Positions 25,501-40,500 of a DNA stretch of 64,000 nucleotides are shown here, piece by piece. The stretch comes from Phoronis australis. Lineage: Eukaryota; Animalia; Phoronida. The stretch spans positions 665,894 to 729,893 of the forward strand of contig NMRA01000117.1 in NCBI GenBank assembly GCA_002633005.1, given 5' to 3'. The position numbers were made by a program, and so were the translations under genes. The first letter of the stretch is position 1. Each line of letters begins with the position of its first letter. The notes under the pieces were generated by a model. That model worked only from the letters and a program-made list of their open reading frames with translations. It did not search any database and was not told the DNA's origin.

Positions 25501-28500
25501 TTCTGCTCTCCTCCATTTGTGCCTTGGTCGATTTACCAGTTGATGAGTCTGAGAGGCTTCGGTCCTCCTCAGTATCTGCAGTAGAGTCCGACTGGCTGAA
25601 GACCACCTCATCACTGACGGACGCCTCTAGAGGAGGTGACTTGGGTCGTGGTGAGCCTGATCGTGACCTCGCCAGTAGTCTCTCGCTGGGTGACATCATC
25701 GCAGGCGACTTGTGGTGGTGAGATGCGCTGTGCTTACGCTGGTACAGTCGAGAGCTTGACTCAACAGGAGGCACCGCCTCTCTATCAATCATGTCGTCAG
25801 CTTCTTTTGTATTGACTGACGAGTCTTTATACGTCTCCCCTAACTCAAACTTGTCCAGGTGCCGTGGTTTGTACGACGCTGGCTGGGCGGTTCCACTGGA
25901 GCGGCGATTCAGCTGTCGGATACTCTTCTCCACGTCCTTAATGGCCTGCGTTCGTAGGAAGACATGCTTTACAGTGATAACACTAGTCCATGCATGTTTA
26001 CAGCAGGCATGCTGTCAAACAAGACGACTAAACAGCTCTCTACACGCATTTTCTGTCAGTTTCGTACAGTGGAAACAATCAGCAAGCATCCCGTTTCATT
26101 AGCGTTTGAGATCAAAATCTAATCAACTGATTCAGTCTTCAAAACCAAGGAAATTGGACGGCAGTGTAATTCTAACGGGTTAGTGTGACTTGGGGAACAA
26201 ACAGAAAATACTGAAGACGAGTGTGTCAGTGACAACAATAACTCAAGATGCAGGACTGACAATAAAACAACACTGATATGCAGGACTGACAATAAAACAA
26301 CAAATGGAGATAAATCATACATGGAGGCAGGGGGAAAACAAGCAACAACGGAAAACTGCATCTTTAGCGAAAAAACATAAAACAACAAAGCAAGGGGAGA
26401 CATAAACCGATGTTACCTGCTTGTCTTCAGATGACAGTGTCGATGGGATGTCAGCTCTCTCGTCATCAGTGGTGAGATGTGGCGACGCCTGCTTGTGTTG
26501 CTGTGATGAGGGTAATTGCTGAGAAGGGGAAGTGGCGCTTGGTGCAGGATGACCGATGGTCAAGTCAGACGAATCAGTTGAGGACGACCTCCGTCGGCTC
26601 ACTGACCGGGCCTAGGAAATAATTCATTTTTATTAGTTTTCTGATCACTAAGCTCTTTTATTAGTTGGGATTTCCATGAAGTGAGAAGTTGGATGCCAAG
26701 ACCTGAGCATCACATATTGATGCACATATTGATGCACATATTGATGCACATATTGATGCACATATTGATGCACATATTGATGCATCATAATTAGTCAACA
26801 TTCACCAAATATTTGATGACAGAACAGTATAAAGTAAGATCCACTAGCCTTCATAGTCCAGCTAAGTTGTATATCATAATTTATACCAAATCCAATATTG
26901 GTTCGGAAGATTCCTATCCCTGTTCCTGGAATGAGTCCTAAATAATACTTCTGCAGCGAGAACGAAGATTCATATGGGATGATGAGGCCAACACAGTTTT
27001 TTTACAATAATATCTAAAATGTTAGCTATATTTAGCCATCTGCGAAAAGAATCCAAAACTCCAATCTTACCTCAGTCATAGCATCTTCAATGTGCTTCAC
27101 CTGGTCAGTACTGCGGGCGGGATAACGACCACCCAACACCCGGGTGTCCGTCTTCAACGTGGGTGGAGCGCTAACACGTTTTGACACACCCTGCTTCAAA
27201 CGGTCTTCATCATCGACGGGTCGCGAGGTGACGCGATCCTCATCGGAACGACTAGAAAAATCCTTGCTATACTCAACACTAACAGCAGCAGTGCCATCGT
27301 TGGAGTGGTGACTAGATGACTTGGCCATCTGTATACAGTTCTCAATGGCCTCGATCCAGTTCCTACGTATACCTTGTGTCATGGCTGACAATATGAAGGT
27401 ACCGCTTCCAGTCTAAAAATGGAAACCAAAACAAATGAGTACCATAATTGTGTAAACACAAGCTCTTAGTGTCCTAGTGTCTATCTAGTCTTCATTCATC
27501 AACATTCCTTTTTTTCTTCAAAACAGCTTGAGGTAAAATTTGATCACTTCAAGTTTCCAAAAACCCAATCCACCCTTATTACAATACCAGCCAAAAGTAT
27601 TCAGACAAAATGACCCTGAATTCCCTCTTCATGACGGCTGGGCATAAGTCAAATTCATAATCAGAGAGGTCTTCTCTCAAGACCAAGAATGAAGGTTAAA
27701 TAACTGGAAAGTTAGTAAAGGTGGTTAAGTCATTATGTAACGTTTAGCACAATAACAGTTACTACCAGTATTTTTTTCTGTTGATTGAATTATCCTTCAT
27801 GACAGAAAGTAGTATTTTTGTGTGATTACTTTTGTCCAGTACTGTAGGTAAAACTTGATGAGCAATAGACACTAAGTTCAATATATCTACTTTTGAATAA
27901 TAAGAACAGTGAAATTATTGACAAGCGAATGTTGTGCAAATACATCTCAATCAATATCTGCACGCTTGGGTACATAGACTGAAATAATTTTATTTTTTTA
28001 AGAATTTTCCCCCATATCAGGTTTGGTCACAAAGCCCTGTGAAAACAAAAAGTCTTGACATAAACTTCGTAATACAACACTCAGTGTGTACCCATTTACG
28101 GCCCTCAAATTAGTAGTCCTCTTGAGTCATTAATTTCTCTTTGATTTCCCTTCGTGATTTTTCACGCAACTTCAATGAAAGCAGACGACGTTGAAGACAA
28201 GCCTCCATCTTGATTTGAACGCAACAATCAATGCACTGCTGAAGCCACCCTACCTGAATTTCAAAGCCGTAACTGCGCGACACGTCAACAGATGTCACCT
28301 TCTCTCCAGTAGACAAGTCAATCCTGCCATCCAGCAGGTTGTTCTCCTCAGCCATGGCGTCCTTGTAGTACCTCAGGCCAGAGCCACTTAGCACAAACCA
28401 ATGCTTGCACCAATCCTGCACCAGACGATCAAAAGACAAATACAACAATTCTTCACTTATTGTGCACAGATTACAAAATGCATGAACAAGATTCATGGCT

Positions 28501-31500
28501 ATTTTTACTTGATATGCTGCATAACTTTTTATGATAATTATGGTATGTAATAAACCAGATATCAGGGTTCTCCCAAAGCAAAAATGAAACATGTTGCAAA
28601 TTCCACATCACATTTTTGTTTTCTATCATTTTCACTTGCTGAGCATGCCACCATCATTTTCACAGCAAAATAACAAAAATATGTACCACTATGCAACACT
28701 ATTTCAATTATTTTGTCTTGTAACTCTTCAAGCACGGCTTGAGATTTTAAACATGGCCTCAGGGCTTCTAAAACAGTGCTCAAGACTTCCAAACACAGTG
28801 CCATGTCAAACCTGGTGCAGTGCCAAGCATGAATACATTTGGGGAGAGCACTGCACTAGGGGTCAGCAGCCTTGACATACACCTAAGTGTAAGCAACTGA
28901 CATTTGGCAGGTCTTTTAATAGCAAGGTGAGTAAGTAATTATATAACACTACATGGCAACACTAGGGACTAAGCAGAGTTCATCTCTAAGTCTGCTATGA
29001 AATACACCAAAGCACCCTTCTGCCTGGATGATTTTTGTCATTCAAAACAACGTAGCGCATTCCTGAATTATTTGCCTGAAGTCTTATGATAATCTTAAAT
29101 ATATGTGGATTAAGCAAATAAGCGAGAAATGATCAAAAGGGATACGCAGTTAAAGACACACTTTACAAATGTCACAATTTTTTCGACTGCAAATTCTACT
29201 CACCCTTTCTGAATCACCTCGTTTCACAAGCCAGCCCTTCTTCACAAAGTTGCCATCCTTGAAATAAATCATAAAACTCCACATAAAGAGTGGACCAGAC
29301 TGAACTGATTGCAAATAAAAATGTCTGAACAGTGTACTTTATAGTAACAGCAACATACATACTTACACTTCCAAGATTCAACAGCAATTATTGTACATTG
29401 TATTTTTCAGGGCTTGGAATGACCAATGACAAAAAACGCGGAAACTTTTACGGCCCAAAATCATGCGCGCTACCCAGCCTTGAAATGGTCAATGTGAACC
29501 TTTCCCCGACAAAAATCGGGAGGACTAAAAAAAAAACGTTACCACCATCAGTAGCTTGCGTCTGCGTCCTTTTAGCTCGTCCGTCCACTCCCAACCCACA
29601 CATTTTTGGCTGCACAGCCGTAGTATTTGTCGCCGCAGTTTACAATAACTCGACACGCCATTGAAAATCCCACCACGCTATCCCAGGTGCCCCGGCAATG
29701 TTGACAACATAAAGAGCAACTTCCGCTTTTCGAGGTGAACGTTGTCTGCAACGCCGCGGTAAGAAAGGAATTTGCCGCGGAAATTTTACATCAAATCCGA
29801 TTTTTTGTTTTACGCGGAAATATAATAAAATGCGCAGACAGAACATTTGAAAAAAGCGGAAATCCGCGTTTCCGCGGAAAATTCCAAGCCCTGATTTTTC
29901 CCAATAAACAGTAAAAAAATTACATGCCTAGTACCCCTTGGCTGGTAATTCCAAATACCACTTGGGGTCTTGATACGGGAAATATCTGCCAAGGACATGT
30001 AATAATCTACTTATCACAAATATTGAACAAAAAATTCTTCAAAACTCGCAGAACAACAATGAAAACATTCAAGCTTTGTTATGATTGACGTTGGTCATGC
30101 CTACACTGCATACTAGTCACGTCAGTCTTCAATCATTACTTCCCACTGTACCTGTCATACCCCCCCAACCCATTTCATCAGTGACCACATCGACAGTACC
30201 ACCTTACTTAAACAGTCACCACAAAGAACCAATGCCAATACAGTCCTAAAAAACGGCATGGCAAAAAGGACATGGCAAATTCCTGTAGAATACTTTCTGG
30301 CATGGACAATATAGATATATTCACACAACACGCAAACTTAAAAAACATGTAAATAATGTGCTAAAGGCAGGGACCACACACAACTCAAGCTATCGGTACG
30401 CGTCCTCTTTTGTGTTGGTGGAGATGCCGTATAAGCGCGAATTAAATCAACCCGTCCACTTTGACACAACTAAATGTCTTAAAAGGCAAATTAAACTGAA
30501 GGTTCCGGTTAGTGTAGGAAGTATCGTTAATCAAAACATTTGCTTTTGAACACTGAAGAAGGCGCACTTTAGAGACAAATTTCATCACCCGACTGTATTA
30601 TGAATAGATCATGTGATTTTTGGTAAAAGCCATAACTATGATTTCTGAAACCCACCGAAACACATTTTTAACACACACCCTTTCACTGTCTACCTTTAGC
30701 CCATAGTATGATAACAGTACTGACCAGATCTGTATTGAATCGAGACAAGCACTGCATTGGATAAGGACTGAGGGGAGACAGGCATTGACTGGAGGCGTTT
30801 AATAAATAAAAGCCAGGTGCACGCGACAAATGATCAGTGAGTTACCTTGTCCAGCAGGTAGGGTGCTATTCTCAGCACACGCAGTTTCTTAACACAGAAT
30901 ATAAGGGAATTAGACTCTGTGGATGACTGCATTAGCCTGACATAGACACTGTGGATGACTGCATTAGCTTGACATAGACACTGTGGATGACTGCATTAGC
31001 CTGACATAGACAGTGCATCTAATAAAGTAGTGTGATGTTTAAAGAACAAAAATGAAAAGAATTCAGGAATTCCAGCAAATAATACGCATATTCCGACCAG
31101 AATAACAGTGTATCAATAATAGAACTTTCCAAACCATAATTTTCAAGTTTTGAGCAAATCTGAATCAAATCGTACTCCATGCTTTGATGCAATGACACCT
31201 TTGAAAATTCTTTTTTAAGTTTGTGAACCTCCACAAATGTGCTATTGACCAAACAGAATTTTTGTTGATCTCTTCTCTGGCAAGACTCTCCAACACGAAA
31301 GATATCTCATCCGAGTTTTAAAATGGAGATTTCTTGCTTGACTTAATTATCACAGTGTGAGACTTTCATTTGATACAAGTCAAAATATGAACACTGAGTG
31401 CAACACACAATGCACCCTATCATACTTAAAGGGTTTCAGCAGCTTTTGCACACTCCTATCTTCGAATTCTTGTTCTTCAACTAATTTGAACTACTTGAAG

Positions 31501-34500
31501 CCTGTGTATACACATCTGGACAAAAAATAGTCTAAATAGAAGTAAGCGAAAATGGGGATTTTTGTTACATGTGAAGGGGAGACAACTACAAGAATGCAAC
31601 AGACACTCTCTACTAGTGTGGTCAAGGCACCTCGAACACAATACACTTGTTAGACCAAAAGGGCGCGGCAAAAAGCTTACCTCGATATCATCAAAACAAC
31701 TAGGTACAACGCGTTTGGGTTCAGACAGATGTTTGCGCTGTAAAGACGAATGTCACATGAACAAATCAGGCTCGTAAAAACTTGATATCTCCAGAAATTT
31801 GTTATTTTTGTACCAATTGAAAGCGCAAACGATCCTAAGCCAGGCCTACCTTTTTTCCATCTGTATCATTGGTAAGTTTCAGTGCGCCAAGACTCTCCTT
31901 GCTGGAAAATCTATTCCGTGGTGATGTGTCATCGAGATTTTGTGGGGTTACAGCAACAGAGAAGCCATAATTTCTAATAGGACTCGGTGATTTCGGCTCA
32001 CGAAAACTGCCCCCATGTGGCCGATTACGGAGTTCGTTGAGCGCCGAGTCAACTTGTTGTTTGCCCTCGACACCCCCTGGAAGACTTCGCCGTCGTTCTG
32101 GCTCCTCTTCGGAACTGACATAATTCTCAATATGCTTTACCTTCGGTACGCTAGCAAACTCCTTGTAAGGCAGAACTTTAGATGGTACGGGTTTCACGAG
32201 CGCTGGCCTGTCGGGGGTGGTGAGTGACTCGAACAAGTTCTTGGACTGTTTTCCTTCCATGTCTAGACTATCATTGTTGTCAATTTCGTAGTTAGCAACA
32301 TCTATGTCGTCTCGGGATCGTTTGTGCTCACTCAGTTTACCACCATCTAGACCATTGTTTTGATCATTAAGCATGTCCTGCATGCTACTACTCTTACGCA
32401 CACCATCTTGTCCCTTGTGTTTAAGGTCACGCACACTGCGATACGCTTGAGGGTCATGCGAGCCAGGGTACTTAGTCTCGTCAGGAGGTGGTGGCCGTGC
32501 TGGAGCCTCACTTTCAGAACCCGACTCTTCCCCGCTTTCTCCCTCCTCGGATTCGTTGTCCTCGTCGCAGAGCCTCTGGTTCACGTATGCCTCACTATGG
32601 CTGCGAGACAGTCCCAATAACTGTAGGTCTCTCTTGAGGTTGTTTGCACGCTCTTGCTCATAACGTACAAAGTCTATGGGCTGGACCAGCGTTGAAGCAA
32701 TATCAGTCGTGGTGTGATGCCTCTTGCCTCGCGGCCTGGCCGAGCTCCCATTAGGTGTAGACTCCTTCTCAGGACTGGCGTCAGATTTCTAACAAACAGA
32801 GACAAAAGATTTAAAAACAGTATTACCTGCTTCACATTCAAACAATAAGGACATGATATCCTCTTGAAAAACCTAGTTTTGCAGTGTTCCGACAACAGAA
32901 GAAAAATTACCTGCATTCCTAGCACAATATGAAAACATTCATAGGAAAAAACACCATCTATAATTAAGCTAGCATAAATAAAATGTGCTTTAACCACCAA
33001 CAGAATGTAAAAACAAGTCCTTATTCTATTATCTGCAAGCCAGAAAAATGTCAATGGTATAAGCACGCCTTTTACAAACTAATCCTACAGTTACGCCGTA
33101 ATCCACCCCCATAAACATGGACACTATACAGTGTTGCACCCCATGCCCCAAAAAGGAACAGACCACGACAACGCCCTACAGGTCTGGTAGAAATGCACTG
33201 TATGCCTCCCACACCAGTGTGAAGTGTACAGACCAATCAATAGGTAGTGGTGGAGTCAATACAACACATGTCCTCATTAGGTATGCACCATGAATTACCC
33301 ATAATGACCTCATTAAATCCACATTAGCATTGCTGGTTGTACAATTACCTCTATGACAATGAAGATAAATGCAAATTTCAAAAAAGTTAATAAATAATAT
33401 TTTCTAATTTTCTCTTCTTTGAAATCCAATAGCACAGTTCCTCCACGAAACTTCTGGCATGAATAGCCTCTAATTAACTACAATGTAATCTGGCAACAGG
33501 TGATGCGCGATCAATATGAAACCGTCACATTTTTAACGATTTACATTTTAACACAATTCAATGAACTTTTAATTAAAAACTGACAGTAACCCATGAAAAA
33601 ATCAACGACATATGCATGCTCTGTTGCATGTATGTGTACTTCCCATGGCATTCTCTTCCACATAGTGGGTAGAGACATAGGACAATACATTCAAAATCTA
33701 GACAAATACAACACTCAACATCCGGGGAAAATGGGCACCCAACGATGACACACAAGACGGAAAAACACGCAATCCAGACGGGGGACACGTCTACACCTAC
33801 GAATTATGTGGGCGAAGACCCCTTGGTATGCTTACACTCCAACCCAATGCCCAAGTTCAATCACGCTGACCATTTAACAAGCAAGTCATACTGACCACTT
33901 TTTCTAAAGCAGCCCAAACATTTAGTGTAACGAGTCAGTAGCTGCGTACAGGGATCCTGAATTTCGAGAACCAGTTTGATGCCTATTATTGAGTGGAGAA
34001 ATCTGGTTCTCAAAACACAGGACCTCAGTAAGACACTACTGATGACAATATAGCCAGTCTTGATCCTGGCTACAACTGTGACCATATAAGGACGATGTCT
34101 CACCATGTCCCCTGGGGCTCGTACGGGCGTGGTCACAACTGTAGTGTTTCGTTTGTGCTTCTGTTTGATCTTAAGGCTGCGCGGATACATGACAAGCACA
34201 TCATGCCACCTAGGGGGGAAAATCGAACTTGAGATGAAACAATGGCACAGTCTGACTTTAAAACATTTTATCATGGACACTAGAACAAAAGTGCACAAAA
34301 CCTAATAACTCACAAAAAAGACTAGAATTTTTTTGTTCATAAAAGTGTTGCTATAATCATTCCTTACTTATTGAGACATACAAAAATATAAGTCTCGCAA
34401 AACACATAGCTTCACTTAAAGTTCTCCAGTTTATCCTCAGTTTTTGGTACAGTCCGATGTCCCAACAGTTGGTCCAAAGACATGACAAAGAAATAAAAAT

Positions 34501-37500
34501 CCATCAACTCTTTCAACCTTATGAAGCTATTTAGTAAAAAACTCCTCATGATAAAACGATGATACATTCTACTGGAACACATTTACACGGCACTTCGGTC
34601 ATCATAGAACATTTATAGTGTAAGGAATATTTCCGCTTAATTTCAAAAAAGTTGTTCTTATACCGCTGACTCATCCTTAGTGTCCGTTTCATTAATTTTC
34701 ATTGTTGAAGTAAGAGATTTTACTCACTCTTTATATACGGTAGTCTATGATGACCTAAGTACCGAGCAAATATGTTACAGAAAAATACATCACCGCAGGC
34801 GAATTGTTTACTTCGCTGTCACGTCTTTGGGACAACTCTTGCCACATTCGACTCCAGACGATAGACAAGGAGTGCGACTGAAAAACACGCTACCAAAAAC
34901 ACTGCAAGGGCAAATCACAGACAACGTTTAAGAGATTAAGGGCTTGGAATGGCCAATGACAAAAAAGAGGAAAATTTTCTAGGTGATGTATTGTTCCACA
35001 AATAAATACCAAGCTTTTGACAGAAATATTATTGTGTTGTGAAATTTTATTGAAATAAACGTTCTTGTATGAATGAAGTCAAAATAATGATAAAAAGAGA
35101 AAGAAAAAGAAGAAACAGTAAATCTAAAAGAGGAAATCCTCTTAAAAGAGGAAAATTCCAAGCCCTGGAGAGAGTATCAAGAGAGTATGCAAAGGTTCAG
35201 AAATAACCAAATCATCAAAATGCTGGGGGAGTCAGGTTAAGACCATAATCTTAATTATGTGTATTGCTGCATAAATCCTTTTAACAATAGAGAACATATA
35301 ATTCAATCAAAATAACACAGTCTATCACAAAGGGAACAAAGGCTGTGAAATGTCAGGTATTTTCAAGGTCAATGGAGTGGCAGTATGCCAAACTACACTG
35401 AGTGCATAGGATAATATCAGGCTCACAAGATGGTATTGACCCTGATGACAATAATGAATAAACAATGAGATACTGGGGATAGCCTCACCTTGTTGACTTA
35501 AAAGAATTTAATTTTTGGGGGATACAGTTTCACAACATCAACCTTCCTAGTAATCACAAGGATAAAAATCACCGTGATGAAAGGCCAAGCAATTACTTCG
35601 AAAAAATAAAAACAGCATGGTATACACACGGCACAAGGAACAACAAAAGAATGCAATCTCACTCAACTGCCAAGACCATCAAAATGGAATGAACATAAAT
35701 AACAATGACAGAAAGTTGAACAAACAGCAGTGACTTTGTGAAATGCTATCTAGTTCTGCCTACATTGACGAGGTCTGAACAGGAGGTGGATATTGAGCAA
35801 CACAACCAACATGTGGCTGACTGCCGAGTGATTGGCGATCATCTGTCCTACACCTGCTTTTTGACTCCCACATGCACGTGCAGGCACACACATATGTGAG
35901 ATAATAATTAATGTCCAGGACACTATACATGTTGACTGATCAACTAAGTTGACTTCATGTATTTCTAATGCTGTCATTCTTTAGAGACCTTAGTGTGTTC
36001 ACTTACTAACACAAGGCTGTTATAGGAATAGCTATAAAATCAACATGGTGCAACTGAAAGTCAACACAAACATGACACAACTAAAAATTAATCCGAACAT
36101 GACTAAACTTAAGGACAACTCAAATATGATACAAATAAAAGTCAACCCAAACATGATACATCTAAAAGTTAACCCAAACAAGACACAACTAAAAGTCAAC
36201 CCTAACATGATACAAATAAATGTCAAACCACACACGATAGGACTAAAAGCGAACCAAATATCACACAACTAAGAGCCAATCCAAATATTAAACAACCAAA
36301 AGCCGACAAGAACATTTATACAACAAAAAAGTCAACCTGGACATGATACCATTAAAAGTCAACCCAAACACAACTAAGAGTCAACCCCAAGTCAACACCC
36401 CAAAGTTATACCTCCAACACAGTGATGAGATCCAGTGCTTAACATAAGCTACCTTTGTTACTAAGGCAAAATTTCTTTCATAATTTCTAGGTATTAACAG
36501 TAGACCATAAAACTATTTTGAAAACCCTTGATGACCACAGTATCTTATGATGTACATGAAAGCAATGTCAAGATGTTCATAATCATGACTTATTTCTCCT
36601 TGACACTAATGATCACATACATTTGGGCATTATTTGTGTAGTCATGAATGGTTTAAGCACATATTTAGTAGTAAAGGTCTACTGTTAATGATTAAACATT
36701 ACTTTAGAAATCCAAATTATTGGAAACAAAGGCAGCCTACTACTAACGAATATTGAGCACTTTAGGTAATATGACTATTACCTTGGAACATTTAATTTTG
36801 CAACGGACACAAAAAGTAAGTCATGAAATAAAGCGAGTTCACATTTCCTATTTCCTATGGTTATACTATGAGCGGAAAGCGTGGGTGTTGTTTTTGGATT
36901 AACAAACCTCTTTATTCTAATTTAAACTTAGCAAATGTCGATTTTTAACCAGGCGATGTAATGCTCAATAGAACTTTAACAGCTGTCCAGTCATACAACT
37001 CTATGACAGGTACTCAAAGTAAGTTTTTAATAGCAGGCTGAGGTGCCGTTACCTGCGAATTTCTTCCTTTGATGTGCCTTTCATGAAGTGCGTTTTGTTA
37101 TTAGCAGACACACCGATGGAGAACTCATGTCCGGTCTTGCTCTCGGAGTCATAGACATCCGTACACTTATTCATGTCTATAGTCCCCTGAGGTATTGTGG
37201 CTATCTGTAGAGCAAGAGAAAATCACAAATATATGTATTCGGTAAATTATAGTATATATATGTACACATACATACACATATAATAAATAAAACCTGTGCT
37301 GAGCAGTTGACAGGTGTGTACTGCATGCTGTCTCTGCTGCATTAGGCTGGTGTTACATTCACACTTTTGTATGTTCTCCTACCTCATGTCCCCGTTTACT
37401 TGACTCTTATTTTGCTTCCACCATTTTCATTTTACTAATGGCCTGAGGATGAGACATGTGCACTCAAAATATAGCTACTACTACTTTAACTTGGTTCGTT

Positions 37501-40500
37501 TGTAATGTCTATTGGCAATTTGCTATACTACTGAATACTAGAAGATCGGAAACTGTTCGAGAGTATGAATGAATGAACATCAAGCAGTCACACAGAAGTA
37601 TTGTCATGTTTTCAGTCACACTTATGCACATATAAACACATACACTTAAATAGCCTACTTAAAGAGAAACCTTAAAATGCAAAAGCTGCTCAACATTAAA
37701 GTGATATTTTTTTGCTCAAGGAAAATATTTAAATGTGATATGAAAAGTATTAATGCACTACCTTAAAATTCTAAATTCATTCATAAGTTTTGTAGATTTC
37801 CAACAATTTTGTGAGCAGGTGTAATTGAAAGCTCCTGCCACATTATTGAATAGCAATAAAAATATCTTTCACATTGTGAAGTCTGTTTTTAACCAACTTT
37901 CACATTGGCCTTATTGCTTCAGTAACATCTAAAAGGATGTCCACTGATGTACGAGTCTCAGCAAAATGACCACTGTGCTCAGATTGTTCTGAGACATGAC
38001 ATTAAGAGACCTCTATTGGCAGATCACCTAACTAGAATTGGCAAGACAAAATTCAGACTCTACTGCACCAATGTGTGAGTGGTCAGCTGTTTTGTGTACA
38101 AAAATGTAGACACATCCAGACAGATGACACCCNAAATATTTAAATGCGATATGAAAAGTATTAATGCACTACCTTAAAATTCTAAATTCATTCATAAGTT
38201 TTGTAGATTTCCAACAATTTTGTGAGCAGGTGTAATTGAAAGCTCCTCCCACATTATTGAATAGCAATAAAAATATCTTTCACATTGTGAAGTCTGTTTT
38301 TAACCAACTTTCACATTGGCCTTATTGCTTCAGTAACATCTAAAAGGATGTCCACTGATGTACGAGTCTCAGCAAAATGACCACTGTGCTCAGATTGTTC
38401 TGAGACATGACATTAAGAGACCTCTATTGGCAGATCACCTAACTAGAATTGGCAAGACAAAATTCAGACTCTACTGCACCAATGTGTGAGTGGTCAGCTG
38501 TTTTGTGTACAAAAATGTAGACACATCCAGACAGATGACACCCACATCATAGTAATGGCTATCACAATACCACAAAAATGTTTACAGAACATCATGTCAG
38601 CACATGGAATCCCTTGGTAGGGAAACGCATGAAATTAACTGTCACATAAAAAGGCGTAGAAATAGGGTTACAAAGGAATTTCCACCCCAAAAAAACTGAG
38701 TAAACAGGAAATACACTGCATAAATGTCGATTTACTGAATACACCACAACAGTCATGTAGACACAAATCTCAACATTTTTATTGGGTCTGGCATTTGAAG
38801 CAATGAATGAACGCACTTGCAATATGCTCATAAAATAAGACCTTCCTTTGTGCAGGGAACCTTAGTTACAGGGAGTTTACACACTGACTAACATGTTGAC
38901 TAATATGCTTTTAGCTGGTTTTCCACCCAGCATGCTCTGACCTGTTGTTGATATTTTATACTTTATGAAAGCCAGCTTGGATGGCACAGCTTTGGTAGTA
39001 CTTTTAAATTTACTGGTAATAAATATAAAATCGAAACAGATGGTTACTGCCCTAATTCAACTCTAGTATTAACATCTGCTTGACCTAATAACGGAGATGA
39101 AACTTGTTTCTCGAAAACCAATAAGAAAAATAAGCACGCCAATACCATTTATGTTATTAGTTTAACGATAACAGTTAGTTGCTGTGCCAACTGAAATTCA
39201 GACAGGGTGTTATTTACTTTTTCGAAATGCGAGAACGCAGTCAAAAAGACATCCTATTCAAAAGTGCATCAACCCTAGACTGTGTTTAATGCAGCAGCAA
39301 CACAATGAGATGTCTCTCTCACTGAGGACAGTTGATTAGTATTGCAAGTAAACAGCTGACTAACCATGACAGTTTAACCTCTGTGGTATGTTTAGATGGT
39401 AGATAGTCTAACCCCTGTGTAAACCAACACAGCAAGGCAGCCGTGTGACACATGTCTAAACAATAACCTCTTGCTAGGCTCTTCTCAACCCAAAAGTTCA
39501 TCAGACATTCATTCAATAAAAGCTCTGTCTAAACACTTGAGATTTTTCCTTTTTGGTGACTTTCTATGCAACTGTCCTACCTGATTAATAACTAACATTC
39601 CTTGTGTGACCAACACTTGACCTAATTTGAAATTCTGATGTCAAAAACGGTGGAGTTGACAGCGGCAAATCCAAATTTCTTTCATTCATAAACATTTTAG
39701 TGTGAGAATTATTTCAAAATCCCACTGCACAACAACGAAGGTATGATGGTCGCAAAGAATTGATAAAAGTGCTGGAAAATCCCGATGCAGCAAATCTTCG
39801 TTTAAAAACACTGAATGTTGTTAACAAACTAATCAGTCATGATCTAGCAACAAGGCAGAATGTCGCAGTGGTATTGAAAAATGGCTTTTAGCGTGTGTAT
39901 CCTGTATTGTGTATCGTAGGTACTAGGCATGTGTTCTTACACGATTTTCTGAGCTTTACGGATACAACGTTGTTCGTGACAATCACAGTATGTAAGCTAG
40001 GCTAAAATAAAATGATTGGTGACACCAACGTGACCTCAACACCAACGTGACCTCAAGTTTGCTGGCTTGGTCTTAGGATCCCAATTACAGAAAAAGGTTT
40101 ACTCAAATAATTAACGCACATCAAACAATGGAAATTACTTATGAAAATTATCTTAGAAACTACCTGTTATGTGTATATACTCAGACAATTTGCACCTTTA
40201 TTCTCAGACACTTTGCACCTTTACCCTAAAGATCAAACTATTTTTGCAAAACATTAATGTGGAGCGTAAGACATAAGTCACTTTTCATGGAACAGACCCA
40301 TTGATTGCTTTGGATTCATATTTCACAGAATAGAATGTCATAAAACACGAAAGTATTAGATTTTAAAATATCAGTTAATAGACTGTGGTACTGAGTTAAG
40401 TTCTAATTTGATATTCTACTGGCAGTTTGCACCACTACCACCAACACAGTGTCAGTCTGCCAGGTACCAGGAACTGCCACATCCCAAATTCTATTGATAA

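Noticed and set aside
36032-36272. Hydrophobic/repetitive ORFs on both strands
   Set aside because: Products of a 27-bp minisatellite.
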